Below, piece after piece: positions 10,583-19,144 of a DNA stretch of 64,000 bases (positions within the stretch are counted from its first letter, which is position 1; each line of letters begins with the position of its first letter). The notes beneath the pieces were generated by a model. The model ran no database searches. It was given only the letters and a program-made list of their open reading frames with translations, and had not been told where the DNA came from. The stretch comes from an uncultured delta proteobacterium (GTDB lineage Bacteria > Myxococcota > Myxococcia > Myxococcales > Anaeromyxobacteraceae): NCBI GenBank assembly GCA_963845515.1, contig CAWJSR010000028.1, forward strand, positions 1 to 64,000, read 5' to 3'. Both the position numbers and the translations under genes were made by a program.

Positions 10583-11906
10583 GCGAGACGTTGATGGACG
10601 CGGCGCGGCGGGCGGCGAAGCTCGCTGTCGCGAAGGGGGCCGGCGCCTGCGCCGTGGGCGCGTGGCGCGCGCGGAACGTCGAGCTGCAGTGGCGCGACGG
10701 CAAGGTGGAGAAGGCGACCGAGGCGACGACGCGGGCGCTCGGGCTCGATCTCTACGTCGACGGGCGCTACGCGTCGGTCTCGACGTCGGATCTCAGGCCG
10801 GACGCGCTCGAGCGCTTCATCGAGGACGCGGTGGCGCTCGCCCGCACCATCACGCCGGATCCGTTCCGGCGCCTCCCCGAGCCGGAGCTCTACGCGGGGC
10901 GGGCCGACGTCGACCTGGAGCTGTTCGACCCCGACTACGACGGCGTGACGGCGGAGCAGCGCCGCGCCTGGGCTGAGGCGATCGAGGCCGGGGCGCGCGC
11001 CGCCGACCCGCAGAAGCGGATCATCTCCGCCACCGGCGGGACCGGGGACACGCAGTCGGAGGGCGCCGTCGTCCACTCCGACGGCTTCGAGGGGACGCGC
11101 CGCTCGACCGACTTCTGGTTCTCCGCCGAGGCGACGGTGCAGGACCCCGACGGCCGCAGGCCCGAGGAGTACGCCGCCACCGTCGCGCGCCACTGCGCGG
11201 CGCTGGAGAAGCCCGAGGAGATCGGCCGGCGGGCCGCGACGCGGGCCCTCTCCCGCATCGGCACGGTGAAGGGGGAGTCGGCGGTCATGACCGTGGCGGT
11301 CGAGGCCCGCGCCGCCGGGCGCATCGCCTCGATGCTCTTCGGGCCGCTCTCCGCCTCGTCGCTCCAGCAGAAGCGCTCCTTCATGGACGGGAAGCTCGGC
11401 GAGCCGATCGGCAGCCCGCTCCTCGACGTGCGCGACGAGCCGCTCCTCAAGCGCGGCTTCGGCTCGCGCCTCTTCGACGGCGAGGGGATCGCCGCGAGCC
11501 CCTTCCCGCTCTTCGAGAAGGGGGCGCTGCGCAGCTACTACGTCGACACCTACTACGGCCGGAAGCTCGGGATGAAGCCGACGACCGGCCGCATGTCGAA
11601 CCACGCCTGGACGCTCGGGACGCGCTCCCTGGGCGAGCTGCTCGCACGAGCTCGAGGACGGGATCCTCGTCACCGGCTTCCTGGGCGGCAACTCGAACGG
11701 AACCACCGGCGACTTCTCCCTCGGCGTGAAGGGCTTCCGGATCCGCGGCGGCGCCATCGCCGAGCCGGTGGGGGAGATGAACCTCTCGGGCAACCACCTG
11801 GAGCTCTGGAAGCGGCTCGCCGCCGTCGGGAACGACCCGTACCCCTACTCGTCGATGCGGACGCCCGACGCTGGTCTTCGACGGGGTGCAGGTCGCGGGG
11901 CTGTAG
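10579..11906 (+). CDS. pmbA: TldE/PmbA family protein (frameshifts near 11650 and 11868)
   Basis: ATGA overlap with tldD; SRLFDGEG; C-terminal TTGDFSLGVKGF...EMNLSGN...LVFDGVQVAGL lies in shifted frames. Confidence 0.85.
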
Positions 11907-11944
11907 GCCGAGGGGCGGGGAGGGGCGGGGTGGTAATCTCCACC

Positions 11945-13210
11945 GTGGACTCCTGGCTGGAACAGGTCACCCTCTTCGGCGCCGCCGCCTGCGCGCTGCT
12001 GCTGCTGCGCGGGCTCGCCGCCGCGCTGGAGGCGGCGCTCGTCGCGGTCGGGCTCCCGCGCGCGCAGGAGCTGGCAGCGGCGCAGGGGGCGGGTGCTCGC
12101 GAGCGGGCGCTCGAGGGGCTCGTCAAGGATCCCGAGGCGAGCGGCATCGTGGTGCGCGTCTCGAGCGCCGCCTCGATGATGGGGCTCGGCCTCCTCGGCG
12201 CGTTCGCGGGCCCGGCGCTCCTCCCGGCGCTCCCCGGAGTCGCTGCCGCGCTCCTCGCGGGGCTGGTCGGGCTCGTCCTCGCGATCGGCGTGAGCGCCAC
12301 CTCGCGCGCCGCCGGGGCCAAGACGGGGGAGGCGACCGGGCTCGCGCTCGCGCCCTCCTTCCGCGCCGTGCAGCTGGCGCTGAGGCCGATCGCACGCCTC
12401 TTCGCCGGTCGCCACGCCCGGTTCTCGCTCCCGCCCCCGCCGCTCGACGAGATGGAGCGGGCGCTCGCCGAGGCGGCGCGCGGGACGGGGCGCGGCGCCG
12501 AGGCGACCACCGAGCTCATCCACAACGTCCTCGAGTTCCGGGACAAGGTCGCGCGCGACATCATGGTGCCGCGCACCGACGCCGTCGCCATCGAGGTCGA
12601 CACCCCGGTGCCCGACGTCATCCGGACGCTCGCCGAGGAGGGGCACTCGCGGATGCCCGTCTACCGCGAGAGCCTCGACCAGGTGGTGGGCGTCCTGCAC
12701 GCGCGCGACCTCGTCCCGCTGCTCGCGCACCCCGAGCTCATCGTCCTGCGCGACCTCATCCGCCCGGCACACTTCGTCCCGTGGTCGAAGCCGGTCGATC
12801 AGCTCCTGCGCCTCATGCAGCGGCGCCACGTCCACATGCTCTTCGTCGTGGACGAGTACGGCGGCGTGATGGGGCTCTGCACGCTGGAGGACGTGCTCGC
12901 CGAGATCGTCGGCGAGATGCCCGGCGACTTCGAGCGGGACGACGGGCGCGCGGTCGAGGCGCACGCCGACGGCACCTTCACCGTGCAGGGCTGGACGCCG
13001 ATCGCGGAGTTCAACGAGGCGGCCGGCGCGCAGCTCTCCGCCGACCCGGGCGCCGAGACGATCGCCGGCTTCCTCAACTCGCTGCACGGCGCGATCCCGG
13101 CGAAGGGCGATCGGCTCCTCTGGAAGGGCTGGGCCTTCACCGTCGCGGACGCCGACGCGCGCCACGTGACGCGCGTGCGGGCCGCGAGGATCAAGCGGCA
13201 GGGGTCCTGA
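11945..13210 (+). CDS. Hemolysin/CNNM family protein (DUF21 + CBS pair + CorC_HlyC)
   Basis: N-terminal TMs; IMVPRTD, GHSRMPVY, VVDEYGG...TLEDVLAEIVGE. Confidence 0.9.
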   Translation: MDSWLEQVTLFGAAACALLLLRGLAAALEAALVAVGLPRAQELAAAQGAGARERALEGLVKDPEASGIVVRVSSAASMMGLGLLGAFAGPALLPALPGVAAALLAGLVGLVLAIGVSATSRAAGAKTGEATGLALAPSFRAVQLALRPIARLFAGRHARFSLPPPPLDEMERALAEAARGTGRGAEATTELIHNVLEFRDKVARDIMVPRTDAVAIEVDTPVPDVIRTLAEEGHSRMPVYRESLDQVVGVLHARDLVPLLAHPELIVLRDLIRPAHFVPWSKPVDQLLRLMQRRHVHMLFVVDEYGGVMGLCTLEDVLAEIVGEMPGDFERDDGRAVEAHADGTFTVQGWTPIAEFNEAAGAQLSADPGAETIAGFLNSLHGAIPAKGDRLLWKGWAFTVADADARHVTRVRAARIKRQGS

Positions 13211-13370
13211 CCCCTGCCGGGATCGACCCCCGTTCGCACGGGCCCGGTCGGTCCCCCCGCTGTGGGCCGCTCACCAGGGGTGCACACCCTCACCGGATGG
13301 CCGCCTCGGGAGCCGATGCATATAGAGGGGAGCGAAGGTCTGCCGGGGCCAACGACGAAAGGTGTGCGCC

Positions 13371-13787
13371 ATGAAGAGACTCTCCAGCTTGCTGATCGCG
13401 GTCGCGCTCGGTGGCTGCTACGCGGCGGTGGACTCGCAGGGCCGGATGATGGGCGGCGGGCAGGCGACCGTCACCCTGGGGCTGCCTGCCGTGCTGCCGC
13501 CGCTCGTCGTCGTCCAGCCCGGCGTGAGCATCGTCAGCGACCTCGACTACGAGGTGTTCTACGCGGACGGCTACTACTGGACGCGCCATGAAGGTGGCTG
13601 GGTCCGCACGCGAGACCACCGCGCCGGCTGGACCCGGGTCGAGCCGCGCTACGTCCCCCGCCCGATCCAGTCGACCCCCCCTGGCCGCTACAGGCACTAC
13701 CGCGGGGAAGATCGCGATCGTGGTGACAAGCACGATCGGGACGATCGGGGCCGCGGGAGGGGCGAAGGGCGCGACCGGGACGACTAA
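13371..13787 (+). CDS. Small lipoprotein with aromatic-rich core and Arg/Asp/Gly tail
   Basis: Lipobox ALGGC; EVFYADGYYW..HEGGW; RBS GAAAGG. Confidence 0.75.
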   Translation: MKRLSSLLIAVALGGCYAAVDSQGRMMGGGQATVTLGLPAVLPPLVVVQPGVSIVSDLDYEVFYADGYYWTRHEGGWVRTRDHRAGWTRVEPRYVPRPIQSTPPGRYRHYRGEDRDRGDKHDRDDRGRGRGEGRDRDD

Positions 13788-14842
13788 CGCTCGCCCGCGA
13801 AGAACCCCTTGTGCGTCCGCGCGTGGAGGCTGGCGAGGTTGCGGCGCGCCGCCAGCCAGCGCGCGTCCTCCTGCCAGTCGGTCGGGTAGACGGCCGGCAC
13901 GTCGCGTGGGGTGAGGGCGGGATCGACGTTCAGGAAGGTGAAGAGGCAGCTGTTCGAGAGGGCGCGGCGGCTCCGGTCGCGGCTCACCCGCTGGATCTCC
14001 GCCTCGACGCAGATGGCGGCCCCCGCGGTGTAGACGACGCGGCTCGTGACGTTCAGCTTGTCGCCGATCTGGACCGGGTGGAAGAAGTTGATCCGGTTGA
14101 CCGCGGCGAGGACCGGCCGGTGCGCCGCGATCTTCTCCGCGCAGATGGCGGACAGCTCGAAGGCGCGCCGCATGATGTAGCCGCCGAAGATGACGCGCGA
14201 GCGGTTCTCCTGCTCGGGATAGGTCCGCTCCCAGCTCTCGGCGACGAGCGTCCGGGCGAGCGCCCCCGCGAAGCCCGGCTCCGCCTGCGCGCGGTGGTGC
14301 TCCTGGAGGAGCCTGAACTCCTCCGCGGTCGGAGGCTCCTCGGCGACCACCTCCTCGCGGCGGCGCAGCGCGCGCCGCTCCTCGGCGTGGGCCGCGCGCA
14401 GCTGCGCGGTGGGGCCGGCGATCTCGAGGGGCGGGACGGGGATGTTGCGCGCGTCTGGGCCATCGCCATCGCGCGCCACCATGGTGAAGTAGCAGGAGGC
14501 GAGGTGCTCTCCGCCCGGCGACGACTCCACGCGGATGCCCACCTCCATCGAGGTGCGCCCGACGTAGTTGATCTGCGCCCGGCAGCGGACGTCCCGCGTG
14601 ACGTCCGCGACGTGCCGGACCACGATCTCGTCGAGCGCGGCGGTCACGACGCGGGGCTCGGCATGGCTCCGCCGCGCGTAGGCGATGGCCGTCTCGAAGG
14701 CCAGCCAGTCGAGCTCCTCGAGGAGCATCCCGAATCGCAGGTTTCCCGGGATCGCCTCGTTCAGCACCATGAAGCGGCGGCGCAGCTCCAGATCGGTGGA
14801 GAGCGGGAGCAGCTTCTCCTGGGTGGTCTCGTCGGGGCGCAC
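13784..14842 (-). CDS. Acyl-CoA thioesterase, double hotdog fold
   Basis: GNLRFGMLLEELD, NYVGRTSMEVG, IFGGYIMRRAFE. Confidence 0.88.
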   Translation of the reverse strand: MRPDETTQEKLLPLSTDLELRRRFMVLNEAIPGNLRFGMLLEELDWLAFETAIAYARRSHAEPRVVTAALDEIVVRHVADVTRDVRCRAQINYVGRTSMEVGIRVESSPGGEHLASCYFTMVARDGDGPDARNIPVPPLEIAGPTAQLRAAHAEERRALRRREEVVAEEPPTAEEFRLLQEHHRAQAEPGFAGALARTLVAESWERTYPEQENRSRVIFGGYIMRRAFELSAICAEKIAAHRPVLAAVNRINFFHPVQIGDKLNVTSRVVYTAGAAICVEAEIQRVSRDRSRRALSNSCLFTFLNVDPALTPRDVPAVYPTDWQEDARWLAARRNLASLHARTHKGFFAGER

Positions 14843-14897
14843 GGGTTCTCCGGGGGCGCGGCAGGCAGCGGCGGCGGCGCCGCGCCGACGGCGCTCG

Positions 14898-16137
14898 CTA
14901 CGGCGACGAGCGGAAGATCACCACCCGGTCGTTGCCGTAGTCGGTGACGAAGAGCGCCCCGTCGAGGAAGGCGACGCCGCTCGGCGAGCTCAGCGTCCTC
15001 GCCGTCGGTCCCGAATCCTCGGTGCCATCCTGGTCGTCGTCGTTCGGCGTCGAGCGCGTGAAGCTGCCCTGTCCGAGGACGGCGCTCGCCGCCGCGGCGG
15101 TGCCGGATGCCGGAACGGTCGGGAAGCGCGAGCACGCGGCTGTTCCCGCGGTCGGCCACGGCGAGCTGCGTCCCGTCGGACGCGATCGGAAGCGCGGATC
15201 GCTGAGCCCGTCACTGCCAGTCGAGGCCGCCGCGGCCTGCGAAGCTCGACTGGCCGACGACCCGTCGCGTCGGCGCCGCTCGCGGGGGAAGCTGCTCCAG
15301 AGCGAGGACGCGGTTGTTGCCCGAGTCGCTCACTGCCACGCGCGGCGCCGTCGCTCCACACGTCGGGGGGGTAGGAGAGTCGTGGTCCGCGTCCGCGCTG
15401 CGGCGGTCGCGGTTGACGGCGCACGAGCGTGAAGTCGGCCTGACCGAGGACGCGATCCGCCGGGGCCCCGTCGGTCGTGGGAATGGCGTCCCAGACGAGC
15501 ACGCGATGGTTGCCCGCGTCGGCCACGAGGAGCCGGGCCGCCCACGATGATGGCGCCGCTCTGCGGCTGGGCGAGCTGTCGCGCCGGTGCAGGCCGGCGT
15601 CGAACGTGGCGAGGTCGGCTGACCGACGACGGCGGTCGGCGTGACGGCGGGGAGGCGTTCGGGGACGCCACGAAGACGAGGACGCGGTTGTTGTCGATGT
15701 CGGCGACCACCAGCGCCCGCTCTCGCTGTGCGCCGAGCGTGCTCACCGACTGCGGCCAACGCCACGTCGGCGTCGACGGACGTCGTGCCGTCGGTGGCGC
15801 CCGACTGCCCCACCCGAAGTCGGCGGCCTCGCCGCTCGACGGTCGGGATCCCCGTGAAAAGGCGAGGACGCGGCTGGTGGTCGGTGTCCGGCACGAGAGG
15901 TCGGTCCCGTCCAAGCGGTCGGCCCGATGGGGCGTCCAGCGTGAGGCGTCGCCGGCGGGCGTGACGGCTGCGCCGGTCACGAGGTCGGCGTGGCCGATCG
16001 CGAGCGAGGCGTCCTGGAACGTCGTCCAGGCTGACCGGAGGCGGCGGCGGAGGCGGCGTCTTCTTGTCGCTCGAGCCACCGCAGGCGGCGAGGGTGACGA
16101 GGGCGAAGGCGGCTGCGAGAATGTTCGGACGGTTCAC
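14898..16137 (-). pseudogene. NHL-repeat (beta-propeller) lipoprotein with many frameshifts
   Basis: Lipobox TLAAC; repeats VADIDNNRVLVF, VADAGNHRVLVW, VSDSGNNRVL, VADRGNSRVL, VTDYGNDRVVIF and VLGQ.DF spread over all three frames. Confidence 0.75.
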
Positions 16138-16192
16138 GGGGGGCTCCTCCGGTTCGGCAAGAGCCTAGCCTACCCTTGCTCGAAGGTGCGGG

Positions 16193-17428
16193 TCATACGG
16201 TCGCGGCGCGCGTCCGGACCGCCCCCCAGGTCCAGAGGAGCCCGGCCGCCAGGATCGCCGCCGGGACCAGCAGGATGGCGGTCCCCAGCGACGTCCGGTC
16301 CGAGAGGGCGCCCACGAGCGGCGGGGAGGGGACGTCGCCGATCGCGTGCATCACGAAGATCGAGACGGCCGAGGCGGTGGCCCGCTCGGACGGGGGGACC
16401 ACCGCCACGATCACGTCGTTGATGGGGCCGGTGGAGGCGAAGAGGAAGAGCTGTCCCACGACCAGCGCCGCGAGCCAGAGCGGCCGCGACGAGGCCGACA
16501 GCGCCACGACCGCCAGCGGCGCCGCGACGAGCGCCGAGAGGCCGGAGACCCAGAGGTCGGCGTTCGCGAAGCGCCGGCGCAGGGCGTCGGCGAGCCAGCC
16601 GCCGATGAGCGTGCCGGCGAGCCCGGTCACCACCACCACCGCGCCGAACTGGACGGTCGCCTCGGCGCGCGGCACGCCGCGGGTCCGCTCCAGGAAGGCG
16701 GGCATCCAGAAGCCGAACGCCCCGGTCGCGAAGCTGTAGGCGGCGTACCCGAGCACGGCGAGGAGGTACGTCCGGTTGCCGGCGAGCGCGCGCCACGATT
16801 GGAGGAGCGGCCTCGGCGCGACCGTCGGCACGCCGTCGAGCCCGCCTCGCGGCGGGTCGGGCTGGCGCATGACGAGGAACGCGAGGATGAGGCCGGGGAT
16901 GCCGGCCGCGAGGAAGGCGGCCCGCCACCCGAAGGAGCGATCGATCAGGCCGCCGACCACGTAGCCGAGCGCCGAGCCGACCGGGATGGCGGCGAAGAAG
17001 AGCGCGAAGGCGCGCCCGCGCCGCGCCCGCTCGAAGTGATCGGCGATGAGCGAGGGCGAGATGGTCGCGTAGGCCGCCTCGCCGACGCCGACCGCGGCGC
17101 GCGCCAGGAGGAGCGAGACGAAGCCGGTCGCGAAGCCGGAGAGGACCGTGGCGCAGCTCCAGATCGCGACGCCGATGGCGAGCAGCACCGGCCGGCGGCC
17201 GCGGTCGCCGAGCGCGCCGAAGAGCGGCGACGCGACGGTGTAGACGACCATGAAGCTGGTCATCAGCACGCCCAGCCGGAAGTCGGAGAGCGCGAACTCG
17301 GCGCGGAGGCTCTCGACGAGCGCCGAGACGACGAACCGGTCGAGGTAGTTGAGGAGGTTCACCCCTGCCAGCAGCAGGAGCGTCCGTCCGGCCGGGCCGG
17401 CGAGGAGGGAGGTGCGCGCGGTGCCCAC
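16193..17428 (-). CDS. MFS transporter, spinster-like
   Basis: NLLNYLDR, GALGDRGRR, RAAVGVGEA, HAIGD; about 12 TMs. Start uncertain. Confidence 0.9.
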   Translation of the reverse strand: MGTARTSLLAGPAGRTLLLLAGVNLLNYLDRFVVSALVESLRAEFALSDFRLGVLMTSFMVVYTVASPLFGALGDRGRRPVLLAIGVAIWSCATVLSGFATGFVSLLLARAAVGVGEAAYATISPSLIADHFERARRGRAFALFFAAIPVGSALGYVVGGLIDRSFGWRAAFLAAGIPGLILAFLVMRQPDPPRGGLDGVPTVAPRPLLQSWRALAGNRTYLLAVLGYAAYSFATGAFGFWMPAFLERTRGVPRAEATVQFGAVVVVTGLAGTLIGGWLADALRRRFANADLWVSGLSALVAAPLAVVALSASSRPLWLAALVVGQLFLFASTGPINDVIVAVVPPSERATASAVSIFVMHAIGDVPSPPLVGALSDRTSLGTAILLVPAAILAAGLLWTWGAVRTRAATV

Positions 17429-17489
17429 CCGGAGCAGCGTACTCGATCCCTCGCAAATCCCGCCGCGTTGCGCTATCACCCGCCGCGTC

Positions 17490-19088
17490 ATGATCACCGT
17501 CCAGGACGTCACCAAGGCCTTCGGCCCAAAGAAGCTGTTCGAGGACGTGAACGTCTCGTTCGCGCCGGGAAATCGCTACGGCCTCACCGGCCCCAACGGC
17601 GCCGGCAAGTCCACCTTCATGAAGATCCTCTCCGGCGACGAGGACTCCGACTCCGGCCAGGTCTTCCGCCCCAAGAAGCTGGGCGTGCTGAAGCAGGACC
17701 ACTTCCGCTACGAGGACAACCGCGTCATCGACGTGGTCCTGATGGGGAACCACGGCCTCTGGGGGGCGATGAGCGAGAAGGAGACCCTCCTCGCCAAGGA
17801 GCAGATCAGCGACGAGGACGGCCACCGGCTCGCGGAGCTGGAGAACGTCATCGCCGAGGAGGACGGGTACAGCGCCGAGGCGGACGCGGCGGAGCTGCTG
17901 CAGGGGCTCGGGATCGAGGAGCCGTGGCACGACCAGCCGATGCGCGCGCTCGCCGGCGGCTACAAGCTGCGCGTGCTGCTCGCCCAGTCGCTCTTCGGAA
18001 AGCCGCAGGCGCTCCTCCTCGACGAGCCCACCAACAACCTCGACCTCGAGTCGATCCGGTGGCTGGAGAGGTTCCTGGTGACCTTCGAGGGAGTGCTCGT
18101 CACCATCTCGCACGACCGCCACTTCCTGAACGCGATCTGCACGCACATCGCCGACATCGACTACGAGGCGATCATCCTCTACCCGGGCGGCTACGACGAC
18201 ATGGTCCGGCAGAAGGGCTCGGTCCGGTCGCGCGTCGAGTCCGAGAACGACGAGAAGAAGAAGAAGGTCGCGCAGCTCCAGGAGTTCGTGGCCCGCTTCT
18301 CCGCCGGCACGCGCGCGTCGCAGGTGCAGAGCCGCATCCGGCAGATCCAGAAGCTGAAGCTCGACGAGCTGAAGCGCTCCAACATCGCGGCCCCCTTCAT
18401 CAAGTTCGAGCAGAAGGCGCCGTCCGGGAAGCAGACCCTCACCATCGAGGGGATCAGCAAGACCTTCGGCGGCAACGACGTGGTGAGGCCCTTCAGCGCG
18501 CTCGTGACGCGCGGCGAGAAGATCTGCGTCATCGGGAAGAACGGCGTCGGCAAGTCGACGCTCGTGAAGATGCTCGCCGGCGAGCTGCAGCCGGACCAGG
18601 GGCACGTGAAGTGGGGGCACCAGGCGCAGGTCGGCTACCTCCCCCAGGACCACGCCGGCGTCATCCACGGCGGGACCACGGCGTTCGGCTGGCTGCGCGA
18701 GCTGGAGGACAAGCTCTCCAACGAGGAGATCTCGGGCCTGCTCGGGCGCATGCTCTTCTCCGGCGAGGAGCGGATGAAGCCGACCGCCACCCTCTCCGGC
18801 GGCGAGACGGTCCGGCTCCTCATGGCCAAGCTGATGCTCTTCAAGGACAACGTCCTCGTCCTGGACGAGCCCACCAACCACCTCGACCTCCAGTCGATCG
18901 CCGCGCTCGGCGAGGGGCTGGCGCGCTACGAGGGGACGGTCATCGTGGTCACCCACGACCAGCAGCTCATCTCGGAGGTCGGGTCGCGGATCTGGGCGCT
19001 GCACCAGGGGGACGAGATCCTCGACTTCCCGGGCTCCTTCCAGGAGTTCATCGAGAAGCACCCGGACATCGCGCAGGCGCATCGCTGA
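17490..19088 (+). CDS. ABC-F family ATPase (YbiT-like)
   Basis: Two NBDs (GPNGAGKST, GKNGVGKST; LLLDEPTNNLD, LDEPTNHLD); no TMs. Confidence 0.93.
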   Translation: MITVQDVTKAFGPKKLFEDVNVSFAPGNRYGLTGPNGAGKSTFMKILSGDEDSDSGQVFRPKKLGVLKQDHFRYEDNRVIDVVLMGNHGLWGAMSEKETLLAKEQISDEDGHRLAELENVIAEEDGYSAEADAAELLQGLGIEEPWHDQPMRALAGGYKLRVLLAQSLFGKPQALLLDEPTNNLDLESIRWLERFLVTFEGVLVTISHDRHFLNAICTHIADIDYEAIILYPGGYDDMVRQKGSVRSRVESENDEKKKKVAQLQEFVARFSAGTRASQVQSRIRQIQKLKLDELKRSNIAAPFIKFEQKAPSGKQTLTIEGISKTFGGNDVVRPFSALVTRGEKICVIGKNGVGKSTLVKMLAGELQPDQGHVKWGHQAQVGYLPQDHAGVIHGGTTAFGWLRELEDKLSNEEISGLLGRMLFSGEERMKPTATLSGGETVRLLMAKLMLFKDNVLVLDEPTNHLDLQSIAALGEGLARYEGTVIVVTHDQQLISEVGSRIWALHQGDEILDFPGSFQEFIEKHPDIAQAHR

Positions 19089-19096
19089 CGTTGAAG

Positions 19097-19141
19097 CCCC
19101 TCCCCTCTCCCCCACCGGGGGAGAGGGAAGGGTGAGGGGGC
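19097..19141. repeat. REP-like palindrome between convergent genes
   Basis: CCCTCTCCCCCACCGGGGGAGAGGGAAGGGTGAGGGG. Confidence 0.8.
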
Positions 19142-19144
19142 ACG

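Noticed and set aside
10579..13374. 931-aa PmbA fusion protein
   Set aside because: Artifact of the frameshift near 11650; the real C-terminus ends at 11906 and the CNNM gene is in another frame.
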